A DNA stretch of 64,000 bases from positions 930,001 to 994,000 of the forward strand of contig OZ251234.1 of assembly GCA_965240325.2 (NCBI GenBank), written 5' to 3'. The notes under the pieces are model-generated. The model searched no databases, was not told where the DNA came from, and saw only the letters and a program-made list of their open reading frames with translations. Position 1 is the first letter of the stretch. Each line of letters begins with the position of its first letter. The DNA is from Rebecca billardiae RCC1528 (lineage: Eukaryota > Protista > Haptophyta). The position numbers and the translations under genes were made by a program. This document shows positions 33,117 to 44,901 of the stretch, piece by piece.

Positions 33117-34257
33117 TCACTCACTCACACTGACGGCCGCACCTCCCAGCGGCGATGTGCCGACAATGATGTTCTCGGATGGCTGCGCGTTGAGGGATCG
33201 CAGCTTGACGTACTCCAGGAATTGGCTCGTGGACCAGCCGAGGTGTTCCTTGAGCCGGCGGTACGCAATCGCCTTCGTCGTCTGCTCGAGGATGAGCGCG
33301 TCCATCTGCGCGCGATTTACAACCACGCGCGATTCTGCCGCCGCCTCCGCGTTGATGCGCATGATCGTCGCCTGCGTCTCCGATTGCTTGATGTCGACCG
33401 ATTTGAGCACCTCCGTGACCGTCATGTTGTACCGCTTCGTCGTCTTGAGCTGCTCCTGCAGCTGCACGCGCAGGATGATGTCCTCGTACTTGGACGAGAA
33501 GTCTGCGCGCGCGTGCGGTGCAGCCGCGCAGGGGCCGCGGGCGGTGTGCTCATGGCGTGTGGGCGGTTCGCGTCGCGCGCCAGCAGCGGCACGGGCGCGC
33601 ACCCACGCGCATGAGCTGAAGGTCGTCGACGATCGCGTGGCCCTGGTGCAACAGCGCCTCCGACACGACCTGCTGCATGCGCATCTCGATCTTCGATCGC
33701 TGCTCCCAGAACTCGGCGGGCGTGAACTCCTGCGCCGCATTCGAGATGGCCTGCCTCGCGAACCGGATGAAGCTTGCCTCCCACACGAGCCCAAACATTT
33801 GGTACACGTACGGGATCTGCGAGAAGTCGAAGCGGTACTGGAAGGAGATGGAAAGGTCGAGCGGTTGCCCCCCAGACTCGCCCGACACGTCCGTGGGGTC
33901 TGGGCCTGTGCGAGCCTTGATGGGCGGTGCTGTTATGGGCGCGCTCTGGTCGGTACCGGCGACCCGCGTCCAGTCGCTGAACTGCACCGTCACGCGGGTC
34001 TTTGGGAACTGGATGAACCCATGCCCGAGATAGACGAAGTAGCGCCCCGGGTTGTACACGTTGTCCGTGTCCACGTACCCCGAGAACTTGTTCTGCAGCA
34101 GCCCGAAGCTAGTCGGCGTCACCGTGTCAAACGATAGGGCAAAGAGGATGATGGAGATGACTGCTACGGACGTGCCCATGCAGAGCCCGCACTTCGCCGT
34201 GTCGCGGTCCACGTTGGGACATGCCCGTGCCGCCACGCCGTCGAGCGCGTCCTCCAT
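33117..34257 (-). CDS. SPFH/Band 7 domain membrane protein, 2 exons
   Basis: TM helix, PGRYF..G..FIQFP, L.ISFQY, F..R..I...M, and a coiled coil with AEA. Intron at 33503-33602. Confidence 0.88.
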
Positions 34258-34548
34258 GACGCCTCTGCCTCTAGTCCATCCAAAAGACCTGACTTTGATC
34301 AGGCGGCGAGGACGGCAGCCATCGTCCAGCTGTGCATTCGGATTATTATGGCAGTGGGATGGATCCTCGGATCCCGGACACGCCGCGCTCGGCTTTCGGT
34401 TTTCGTACGTCGTACGAACCCCCTTGGTCGTACCATAAGCTGTTGAGAAGCCGCCGCTTGCGCGCACGCCGCCAAGCCCGTGTGCGACGCGTGCCCAGGC
34501 TGCTTTGAGTCTTTGAGCTTGAGAGTCCGCCCATTGCCGCCGGGATCG

Positions 34549-34887
34549 ATGGCGGGGGCTGACCGCATCGAAGGGGCGAGTGAGGAGGACGTGCCTGACA
34601 CGTATGAGACGCCCAAGCTACCGATGGAGGGGATGCCGGACTGGGCCTTCGTACTCTCCCTGGCGTTTTTCATCTTCGGCTCGTTCGCACTCGCGCTGAC
34701 GTTTGCGTTGCTCATCATCCATGGACTGATTGATCCAATCATGGACGAATACACAAGGACCCACAATATCACGCGCGGCGCTTCAACGGACAAGTTCTTC
34801 GACCTGAGACATCTCGGTTCGAATGGCGTGCCGCAACACCACCAACAGCACGAGCACGCCAACCTCGCCCAACTCTACCACGGCTGA
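34549..34887 (+). CDS. Small single-pass membrane protein (112 aa)
   Basis: Acidic N-terminus, long hydrophobic helix, His-rich tail. Divergent from the SPFH gene. Confidence 0.6.
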   Translation: MAGADRIEGASEEDVPDTYETPKLPMEGMPDWAFVLSLAFFIFGSFALALTFALLIIHGLIDPIMDEYTRTHNITRGASTDKFFDLRHLGSNGVPQHHQQHEHANLAQLYHG

Positions 34888-37204
34888 GCGCTCGCTCTGC
34901 TGGAACAGTTTGGCGCCTCGTCCATCGCCGTGGCTTTGTCTGCACTCTCTCCACGAGCGTTCGTGCCTGCTAGCCTGCGCACCGCCTCCTGCTTTGTTGT
35001 ACTACTATACACGTCAGCGTGGCTGACATTGGCGGTCCCAGCTATCAGGACGCTGCACGAGCGTCGACCGGGGCACCCAGCACTCGGCGGCTCCGGGTTA
35101 GAATTACTCGGCCTTGGCGCTGAAGGGCAATACCGACATCTCGGGCTCTAGCGGGGGTTGCCAGCTGACCGTATCCGTGTCGACGCTCCGTTGACCACGC
35201 TACGAGTGCCTTCGCGGTCCTGCGTGCGCACGCCCGCGGCACTTGCGCACTGCAGACCGAATCCGGGACCCGACTCGGACTGAGTGACTGTGCCCGTGTG
35301 CCGCTACCGCGGGCCGGTCGGACTGTTGACTCCGATGAGTGAGACTGACTGCCCGGCGGCCCGCGGGCCGCGCCGGGGCCAGCCTCTGACGACGCCGACG
35401 GCCGGTCAGCCGCCGGCGTCGCGGGCAACGTCGCGGCGTCTCCGAGCTCGTCAGCAGGGCCAGGCGTAGTGAATCAGGCCACTCACTAAGACTCAGCAGG
35501 CGGCTGCAGGCGCCGGCCGGCTGCAAGTACAGAAGTACTGCTAAGTAGTGCAACCGGTCGCGTCGGTTTGGAAATGAGGCCGCGCGGCCCGCGGCCGCAG
35601 TGAGCGGCGTGTGTGAAGTGCAGACAGTGAGCCACACGCCGGCGGTCTCGGTCCGTCGGACGGCGGCCCGACGGCCGACCGCCGACGTCGACGACGTCGA
35701 CGGCCGGCCGGCCCGGCACGCGACGAGTGAGCCGGCCCCGGCCGCGCGGCGGCCGCCCGCGGCGCGCCGCGTGGCGGCGTGGCGGCGTGGCCGTGGGGTA
35801 GGCGGGCGGCGCAGCTCCGCGATAATACTCATCTAGTCATCATAGTAGCGTACTCTGCAATTAGCGCACGGCCTCGCAGCTCGCTCCCTGCTCAATAGTC
35901 AAGACACTCAAGTGCCGCGCGGAACCCCTTAGGCCTTACACTCCGCTCACTGTTAGTCAGTGTCACTGTGCCGGCCGCGCCGCGGCGCCCGGGCGCCGGT
36001 TGCAGCGGTTTTAACCGTAGTCATCCGGGAAATACTCAGCCGCGGCGCGGCGTCAGTATAATAAACTCGGTCTACCGCACTGTATGATTCAGTTTAATTA
36101 ACATTTTTATAAACTTTTGACATTGGCAGGTGCCGCGACCACCGCGGTGGCGCGCGCGCGTCGACGCCAGACGGTGCGTCGGGCTTCCGCTCGGCGGATC
36201 ACCGCGATGGTGAGTGATGGGCGACTACGAGGGGGGGGGGGGGCGACGGCGAGGAGCGCGGATCCTGGTGTTTGTCCCTGCTGCTCGATCTGCTGCTTCA
36301 CGCCTACAGCTTGCTGGTAACTCTGACGCCTGCGGCCCTCAGCCCGTTTCATGCCACGGCGTCGTTATTAATTAAATATATATATGTATATATGCATTCT
36401 ATGTGTCTGCTGCACTCTGAGCCTGACGCTTGCCCGTTGCATGCCACGTCGTTATATATATATATATATATATAACTATGTGCAGTGATATTTTAAAATT
36501 AAACAAATTATAACTACTTTGTCGCACCGATGACTATTACGCGCACGTGCCCGACGTTCAATAAATGACCGCGTTCCGCGGTCCTTTTCTGCATAGAATC
36601 AACGCAGTTGGGGGCCCGCGGTGGCCGTGCAATCGCGGCTCTCCGCCGTGGCAGTTCGCACGTTCACATTGTCGTCAGGAATTAGTCACTAGTCAGCAGG
36701 CGCAGGCGAGACGCGACGTGACTGTGACGCGGTTATTCGCGGGCCGGTCCGAGTATAACTCGTGACTCTCGTGAGTCGTGACTCGCAACGTGAGTCACGG
36801 ACAGAGTGTGCCATCGCAGTCCGGTCATCAGCCTGTCCCTGATCTAAATTCTAATGCGGCGGCACAGTCTCACGGGCACGCGGTCACGGTGACGGTCAGG
36901 GAGCCTGGTTTAATGGCGGAATGTTATTATAATAATAATTATATATATATATATATATTATGTGGCAATCAAATGCGGCCAGCCGGCCCGCGCCGGCGGC
37001 GGCACGCGGGGTTAGGCCGCGGTGGCCGTCGGTGGCACTGTAACTCAGCAGTCTGGACTCGGTCGCGGCGAGTCGGGGCGGTCCAGTAGGCGCGCCGGCA
37101 CACGGCGGACAGTCGGACACGGCTGGACTTGGAGAGTGCGGTACTTACGTTTCGAAACGCGCCCGGTGCACCACGGCGTCGCCCACTCGATGGATCCTCA
37201 CGGT

Positions 37205-39224
37205 TCACGACATGATGACGCTCTTGGCCCTCTGGATCTTCCCGCGCCTGCCTTTGAGGCGCGGTGATGCGCTGAGCATTCCCTTGCCGCCGAACAGGCG
37301 CGACTGGAGCAGCTTCCCAGAGTCACGTCGGCCGCCGAGCTGGGGGGCGCCCGGATCTGGCGCGCCCTCGAGCGTGTCAAGCTCTGCGTCCACCGCACGT
37401 CCCTTTGCCTGGGTGAGCGCGAGGAGGTGATTCTTCGCGAGCGTCTCGGACTCCAGCTGCGCCTGGCACGCACCCATCATGCTCTTGAAGTAGTCGGACT
37501 GCGGGAAGTCGGCATCATCGAAGCCAAACGGGTTGGAGAGAATGGCTGCCGCAGCATGAGACGGAGAGGGCGCATCGCGTGTGGTCAGACGCAACCGCAC
37601 CACCAGCGGCGCGTGCGCGCGCGCGCGCGCGCCTCGACGTCCCAGCCCGCGCCGTACGCGCTCGGCCACCCAGCCCATGCGCACTGGCGCACTCTGCGCG
37701 CGCGCTCGCGCGCACTGTGCAGATCCAGGCAGGCTTGGTAGAAGACGCTCCAGAGGAGCACTTGGAGGATGACAATGCCATACACAACCCACTCGCCTTG
37801 CTCATGAGCGGCAGCAAGATCAGCAGCAGACTCCATCGTGGCCGTGGCCATGGTGAACTTGACGATGAGAGTGAGAAGTGCCACGTAAGGCAGTGGCAAT
37901 TGCACACCCACATACCTGGCGCCGTGCAGGGGCACAGACAGAGCCGCAGGTGAGCAGCCCGTGATCAGGCGCACGGATGGTGGCGGTCGAGACAGCATGC
38001 ATGAGCAGATTGCGCACACGACTGCTGTTGCACAGCACACGTCGCGGGAGCAACAGCACCAGCATGCCTGCACGTGCCCTTGGTTGCACGGCACGGCTCG
38101 GCTCGGCTGGCTAGTCCGCGGGAGCCCACGCCCGATGGCGCGACTGGGCGCACCCGCCTGGCAGGGACGTCGCTGCAGGGTCGCAGCGACGCAGGCGCGC
38201 ACATGTGCGAGTCTCCAACCATACCCCGCAGCTTGAAGATCTGCTCGAGCAGCAGCTTGCGCTCGTAGTGCTTGCCTCCCCAGCGGCCGCCAGCCATCTC
38301 TGCCGCCGAGTGGAAATGATAGAGGAGCCATCCCGCCACCGATTGCGCCTTGCGCGGCAGCGACTCGAGGATGGTGCGCTCTGCAGGCATCAGCAGCCCG
38401 GCGTCTTCCATCTGGGAGAGATCATTTTCACCGCGCGCCTCGGAGAAGGTGAGCATGAAGATGAGCAGGAGGTAGCGCAGCACGCTGCGTGGAATGGGCG
38501 CCGCATCATGGGGACAGAGTGCGCGTCAGGCAGGTCACGCGCGGCACGAGACGGCACGTGGGCGGGGTGACGCGCCGCTGGACGACACCATGGCGCGACG
38601 GTTCACAGACAGACTGGCGTGACCCGGGGCACACGGCATGCAGTGCATACGGTACCGTCTGCGCATGGCGCGCGCATGGGCATCAGTGCCAGCGAAGACG
38701 TGGCCCGCCATCGTGGAGATGTTACACACGTTGCCAAAGAGCGTCCCTACCACCTGCAGCCGCAGCGTGCTCCAGCGCGAGAGCACGAGGCTCACGAACA
38801 GGCCGAGGAAGAAGGCAGAGAGCCGATGGAGGTCGCCGACGAGCTCGGCAAGCTTCTCCTTGACGTCAAGCATATTCTCGAGCTCCACGGGGGAGTAGTG
38901 CACGATGAAGCCGAGCATGACGGCGATTCCCACCAGCACGAACGCCTGTACCCACAGGAACGGATTCTCCAACAAGGTGCCGCGCAGGATCACCGCAAAG
39001 CCAAGCTTGTGCACGCGGCCAATATCGTAGCGGCTCACATGCCCAGATGCCGAGAAGCGCACGAGCGCCTGCTCCTCGCCCCCGCACACGCCTCGAGTGT
39101 CGTCGTAGCAGGTGCGGCTGCTTCGCCCCAGCTTGTGCTCGGGCGAAGCAGGTGGCTTGCCTTGCGCGGACGAAGGAGCTCCGGGTGCTTCATTGCCCGG
39201 GGGTGGGCCAGTGCCTCCAGACAT
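37205..39224 (-). CDS. Bestrophin-family protein, 4 exons (copy 1)
   Basis: F.LGLFVSLVLSRW, LRY, GLL..AE..L, QLPLPYV, LSNPFGFDDADFP spread over four ORF segments. Exon borders approximate. Confidence 0.85.
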
Positions 39225-39699
39225 TCTGGGACCCTCCACACCGCGACGGCCGCGGACACCGCCTACTTCACGGCAGAATTGCAAAGGTGGTCGCGCGATT
39301 GTTGGGGGCGCCACCCGGGTGGCGGCGGCGGCGAGGGGCCAGGCCGATGAGTATTATTATAATAATAGAAAGGCCTCCGGAACATTCCTGTGATCCTTCG
39401 GACCATAAGATATTCTTGTCGTCAACTTCCCCGCGCTGTGGTTGGTGCAAACTCCTTGATGACTTTACCTGCAATCAAGAGCGGTAAAAATCGTGGGGTC
39501 GTTTAAGTGGCCTGCGTCCAATCAAACCACCGAACGGGCTCGCCGTAACTATGAACCTGCGCGGTATGCCGGCGGGGCAGTTGCCGCGTCGCGGGTGATT
39601 GGAGACGAGCTGTAATGACGCGATATGAAGTGAAGAACTGCATGAACGACTACGAAAATACGAACTGCCATATGACTAATAATGGCGGGCCGTACCGGC

Positions 39700-40038
39700 C
39701 ACAGTGCCTCCCACATGCTCCTCCATGCTGCCATCGAGTGGGCGCCGTACTTGGCGGGCTGCCACGTTCGCCTTTTCACGGACAGCAAGGTGGCCCTCGG
39801 GTGGCTGCGCCGGTGGCGTGTGCCGGGCTCGGCGCTGCTCAATGGCCTCCTGCAGCGCCTCTCGCTGCTGGTGGCGGAGCACGCGATCACGCTCTGGTGC
39901 TGCCATCTACCCGGTGCTCGCAACCGCCTCGCCGACGCCCTCAGCCGGCGCCGGGAGACGTCGGCTGACATGTGGCTCGAGCTCTGCTCGCTCGCGGCCG
40001 AGCCCCGGTTGGCGGGCGAAGCGGCGCTGGCCCTTTGA
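39700..40038 (+). pseudogene. C-terminal RNase H fragment of a YR retrotransposon
   Basis: W...L.G..V..FTDS.VA, HLPG.RN.LADALSR. No upstream RT and no downstream MT domain. Confidence 0.85.
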
Positions 40039-40098
40039 CGCCGGGCGTTCTCGCCGCTCGGCGCGCAGGCTCGCCCCCGGCCATCTCCCCCTTCTTCG

Positions 40099-40470
40099 TT
40101 CAGCGATCCGCGCATCGCTTTCCTGCAATCTCATCTTCCATCAGCGATATGCACATCGCTTGCTTGCAATCTCATCTTTCAGCGATATGCACATCGCTTG
40201 CTTGCAATCTCATCTTTCAGCGATATGCACATCGCTTGCTTGCAATCTCATCTTTCAGCGATATGCACATCGCTTGCTTGCAATCTCATCTTTCAGCGAT
40301 ATGCACATCGCTTTCCTTGCAGTCTCACCTTTCAGCGATGTGCACATCGCTTGCTTGCAGTCTCATCTTCGGTCTGCAATGTGCACATCGCTTGCTTGCC
40401 ATCCCTTATTCTCTCAGCGGTCGATATGCACATCGCGTGCTGTCGCTTCTTGCGATCTCGTCGCTCAGCG
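40099..40470 (+). repeat. 38-bp tandem array with internal hairpin, about 9 units
   Basis: TCAGCGATATGCACATCGCTTGCTTGCAATCTCATCTT is perfect at 40141, 40179, 40217 and 40255, and degenerate at both edges. Confidence 0.95.
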
Positions 40471-40705
40471 GCAGGCGTCTTTCGTCGCTGCCTTCACCAC
40501 GGCAGACCGGGCAGACCTTGCCCCGGCGCCCGTTCCTATCAAAGACCCTGCCAGCGGGCGGGCCTCCGCCCTGCGCTCTCCGCCGGGTGCGATCCGGTCG
40601 GTTTCAGCGTGGGCTTCGGGCGGCCGCTACCCTCCAAGCGCCACTCTGCGCCAGGCGGCCGAGGCCCTTCATGCTGGGCAAACAAGCCGGGAATACCCTG
40701 CGGTG

Positions 40706-41662
40706 ATGGACAACCCCATCGTGGCCGCAGCCGCGGGGTGTGTGGCGCTCGCGGCGGCGGCGGTGGGCTCGGGCCCGAACGCGGCGGGGGTCCGAGCGTA
40801 CGTCGCCTTCTTTCACTCGGGTGGCGTGGCGCCAGTGTGGCCCCCGTCGGCCCTGGCCCTGCGGCTGTTTGCGGCGCACTTGGGGCTGCAGGGGAAAGCT
40901 CCCACGACCATCTCGCAATACGTGTCGGCGGTGCAGGTGGCGGCTCAGGTCCTGGGTGTGCAGGAGGGGCCCATCAGGGACCTCGGACGTCAGCACATCG
41001 TCGCCGCTTTTCGGCGGCTCCCCTCCCGCCAGCCTGCCCCGGCCCCGGCGCTTTCGCTGGATTCGGTCCGCGCGATCGGCGCACGCGTGCGCGATGGTGA
41101 CGCTGCTTTCTGGGCCATGACACTGCTTGTGCAGCTTTTTACGATGTGTCGGGCCGAGTGCGTGGCCGGAGTCGCACGGTACGGGTCCTCCAAGTTCATC
41201 CGGCTCAGGGACCTCGCACCCACCGCCCTCGGCTTCCTGGTGACCCTTTGCAGCGAGAAACACCACGCGGGCCGCTTGGCGGTTGAGCTCCTGCCCCGCC
41301 TACCGGCGGGTGCGCCGCTGTGCCCAGTGGCGGCATTGGGCAGGTACCTCCTTCGCCGCCCCCTGGAGTCCTCGGCCGACGACCCCCTGTTCGTGCTCCC
41401 TTCGGGGGCACCGGTCCCCTACTCGGCTTATTTGGCTTGGCTTCGCAGGGTGGGCGCAGAAGTTGGGCTGCGGCCCGCTGACGTGTCTACCAACTCGGTG
41501 CGCCGGTGCGCCGCTGCCGTGGCTGACCACCTCGGCTTCACGGGGCAGGAACGCGCGCTGGCCGGTCGCTGGAACGCCGCCCCTGCGACGTATTTCCCCC
41601 GCGCGGCGGAGCGCCGGGAGCTGCGCCTTCGGCTGGCTGCCGCCTTTGCGGATCCTGGCTGA
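40706..41662 (+). CDS. Tyrosine recombinase (Ngaro-like)
   Basis: F.AHL...K..TTI..YVSAV; R (MCRAE); K (SEKH); LCPV.AL..YL; PLF; NSVRR in place of HxxR; GRW; Y. Confidence 0.88.
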   Translation: MDNPIVAAAAGCVALAAAAVGSGPNAAGVRAYVAFFHSGGVAPVWPPSALALRLFAAHLGLQGKAPTTISQYVSAVQVAAQVLGVQEGPIRDLGRQHIVAAFRRLPSRQPAPAPALSLDSVRAIGARVRDGDAAFWAMTLLVQLFTMCRAECVAGVARYGSSKFIRLRDLAPTALGFLVTLCSEKHHAGRLAVELLPRLPAGAPLCPVAALGRYLLRRPLESSADDPLFVLPSGAPVPYSAYLAWLRRVGAEVGLRPADVSTNSVRRCAAAVADHLGFTGQERALAGRWNAAPATYFPRAAERRELRLRLAAAFADPG

Positions 41663-42084
41663 CTGACGCCGACCGCCTGTGGCACCGCTGGCACTCGACT
41701 CTCGCGTCTCTTCCCACCCTTCCCCTCTGCGGCGGCGGCCCGGACGGCCTCGAGCCACCGGCCCCCGGGCCACCGGGCCTCCACCTCTCCGAGGTGTGGC
41801 ACCCTTCTACGCGACGGTGGCCGGGAGCCGCCGCCCCTCAGCCAGTCCCCTTGCTGATCAACTGCGACCCTCGTTAGATAGCGCGGGTTGCGGGCAGAGT
41901 CGGGGCGACTGGCAAAGAGGGGGGTCGGCAGGCCCATCGCTACCTTAGCCGCGTAGCCGGAGCGTCGCGCGGAAGGAGGAATAGCAGTCGGGCGCTCCGC
42001 CGCTACTGTCACCCGGCCGCCGCCCCCGCGGCTGCCGCCGGACCGCGGGCCGAGTCCGCCGCGAGGCGGGCCTGGTCCCAGTTA

Positions 42085-43056
42085 TTGTTCTATAACCGTT
42101 CGGTTATAGGGGTATAACTGGGCCAGCCCGCCGCCATGATCGGCTGCTCCTCAATGCTGCTAACCGCTGCTGACCTGCTAGGGCGGCTGACCGGACCGTG
42201 CCTGGGCGGGCAGCAAGCTCCGGGCGTCGGGTGCGCGCCCAGCGAAGCGGTATGATTCCTGGGCGGGCTATATACGGGCAGCCGGTCCCGCCTGTACCGA
42301 ACCGGTAGATTCTACCTCTGAGCGCCGCCGATGCGGGCCGCGGCAGGCCTGCTCTTCGGCAGCCGAGGCAGGGCGGGGCCTGGGCTGATAGCCCCAGCTG
42401 TTCAGCAGCACTTCTGTCCACCGACCGTACCCCGCTCGGTGGCGACTCCTCTGCTAAGGGCGGGCGCAACCCTCGTCGGCTGCGAGCGGGCCGTCGGCTT
42501 ATTCCTCCTCGGGTGCTGGCGGTGGCGTCGCTACTGATTTCGCACCCTGCCCTCCCACCCGGCTCGACTGTGGTGGGCATGGCTTGTTCCGGTTGTGGCG
42601 AAATCAGTAGCGACGCCACCGCCCGCACCCGAGGAGGAATAAGCCGACGGCCCGCTCGCAGCCGACGAGGGTTGCGCCCGCCCTTAGCAGAGGAGTCGCC
42701 ACCGAGCGGGGTACGGTCGGTGGACCGAAGTGCTGCTGAACAGCTGGGGCTATCAGCCCAGGCCCCGCCCTGCCTCGGCTGCCGAAGAGCAGGCCTGCCG
42801 CGGCCCGCATCGGCGGCGCTCAGAGGTAGAATCTACCGGTTCGGTACAGGCGGGACCGGCTGCCCGTATATAGCCCGCCCAGGAATCATACCGCTTCGCT
42901 GGGCGCGCACCCGACGCCCGGAGCTTGCTGCCCGCCCAGGCACGGTCCGGTCAGCCGCCCTAGCAGGTCAGCAGCGGTTAGCAGCATTGAGGAGCAGCCG
43001 ATCATGGCGGCGGGCTGGCCCAGTTATACCCCTATAACCGAACGGTTATAGAACAA
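42085..43056. mobile_element. 972-bp near-perfect palindromic element
   Basis: ~460-bp arms with 1-2 mismatches around a 54-bp spacer (42544-42597). TTA on both sides. Confidence 0.85.
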
Positions 43057-43111
43057 TTATTATAATAATAGAACACGGCCCGCCATTGGTGTAAACTGCA
43101 TACGGTTGGAG

Positions 43112-44222
43112 CAAGGGAGGTCCGGGCCGGTCGGGAGCTCCCAGCGAGCGGCCAGCGCGACGTCACTGCAAAGTTTTCCCTGAGCGCCGGGCGGCGGCAG
43201 CGGCGAGGGCGAGTACTCCGCTGGCGGGGCGCGCACGGGGCACAGCGCTGCGGGCGCGGATGTGCCCGCAGAGCCGGCGCGCGCGGACGGACTGTTGCGG
43301 GAGAGCACTCGGCGCCCTCCTGCGCCGCGCGTCTTGCGCCACGCCTCTTTCGCCTCGGCTCAGGGCAGCGCGCACATGCGCGCCGCGTCAAGGCCAGCCT
43401 TGCCTGCGCCGCAGCCGACCGCGCGCGCGCCGTGCGCGGCGTGGTCGGGAAGGAACGGGCGCTGCCGCGGGGCGAGGTGGCGACACCATGCGCGCACGCC
43501 ATGCCGCCCCGTGATGCCGCGAAAGGGCACGGCAATAGATCTGCACAGCTGTTGACGAGTGCTGATCACTTGTCGTGCCAAGCCACGGACCTGAGCTCGA
43601 AGAAGATGATGAAAGAGCATCAGCGCGAGGAAAGCGTCGCATCCAGCACCTCTACTTGACCATACGGTGATGAATATCCATGTAAGAGTAGCCCGCGCGC
43701 CCGTCTGGCACTGTTCTGCGTCTCAATGATCGTCCTGACAAGGGTCACGACCGCGAGGCCGTGCACACCATTTGTGACAAGTCAAAGAGGCATGCAAACG
43801 GACCGACGACACGCTCGTCAAGGCGTGGCGGGGCGGCATGGCGTGCGCGCATGGTGTCGCCACCTCGCCCCGCGGCAGCGCCCGTTCCTTCCCGACCACG
43901 CCGCGCACGGCGCGCGCGCGGTCGGCTGCGGCGCAGGCAAGGCTGGCCTGGCCTTGACGCGGCGCGCATGTGCGCGCTGCCCTGAGCCGAGGCGAAAGAG
44001 GCGTGGCGCAAGACGCGCGGCGCAGGAGGGCGCCGAGTGCTCTCCCGCAGCAGCCCGTCCGCGCGCGCCGGCTCTGCGGGCACATCCGCGCCCGCAGCGC
44101 TGTCGCGCCCCGCCAGCGGAGTACTCGCCCTCGCCGCTGCCGCCGCCCGGCGCTCAGGGAAAACTTTGCAGTATGATGTCGCGCTGGCCGCTCGCTGGGA
44201 GCTCCCGGCCCGACCTCCCTTG
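43112..44222. mobile_element. Foldback element of the CAAGGG family, 1111 bp
   Basis: CAAGGGAGG...CCTCCCTTG ends. Diverged homologue of the 23173 element, in opposite orientation. No TSD seen. Confidence 0.85.
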
Positions 44223-44252
44223 GCCACCCGATTCCAATCGCTACTACCAGTA

Positions 44253-44840
44253 CAGTTTACTATGTTTTAACGTGCACACTTGGTTAAGGCGTGATTGACG
44301 CCATCCAATGACACTGCACAAAGACACCGCCACAAAACAGACCGGCGCAGGCAGGTGAGGGGCGCGTTGCCGCACCTCATCGAGGTGGCCATTGCAGCAA
44401 GCGGCCGCCCCGCGCCCGGAGGCACGCGCTCGGGAGCGCGCTCTGACACCACACGGGGAGGGTGCTGCACCTGGATGTTGTATCCCAGCCACCTCGAGAG
44501 TGCAGCCGCGCCAAACACCTGCCTGCGCTGTGAGCGACGCCTAACGTCGACTGATCGAGCCCCAGCCGAAGGGAAGAACTGGAAGATGAAGGGTGGGCAG
44601 GTCCACATGCCCGGCGTAAACTGCGCGCTGCTCGCCTGCGGAGGCAAGCAGCGCACCCCCGCCGCCTTCGCAGCAGCGGGGGCGGGGGAAAGCGGCCCCT
44701 CTCGGCTGCCGCCAGCCCCTGTCTGCCCACCTACCCCGGTTGTGGCACAGAGCCTTCGCCTGCCCCGAACACAAACACCTTGTGAACAGGGTCAGGCGCG
44801 GCCCCACGCCCCATCGAGACGAGTGGGCCCGCGAAGAGCG
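44253..44840 (+). mobile_element. Tc1/mariner-like element left end (duplicated at 49550-50137)
   Basis: Begins TA|CAGTTTACTA. Homologous relics at 12.3 kb and 21.6 kb. Confidence 0.6.
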
Positions 44841-44901
44841 CGTTTACTAAGAATAAGAGACGCACACAGCTCAGGCAGGCGAGATCTCAGTTTATTAATA
44901 A

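Larger units (their letters stand above)
39371..43055 (+). mobile_element. Composite insertion: 5'-truncated Ngaro-like YR retroelement plus terminal palindrome
   Basis: Absent from duplicate copy 2. Flanked by ATTATTATAATAATAGAA at 39353-39370 and 43056-43073. Confidence 0.85.

Noticed and set aside
40099-40470. CRISPR array (38-bp palindromic repeats)
   Set aside because: Units are directly adjacent with no unique spacers, there are no cas genes, and the context is eukaryotic.
42104-43037. Mirror 174-aa ORFs on both strands
   Set aside because: A by-product of the palindrome, with no protein-like features.
42085-43056. Penelope-like element with hammerhead ribozyme
   Set aside because: I found no CTGATGA...GAAA core with supporting stems and no RT or GIY-YIG ORF.
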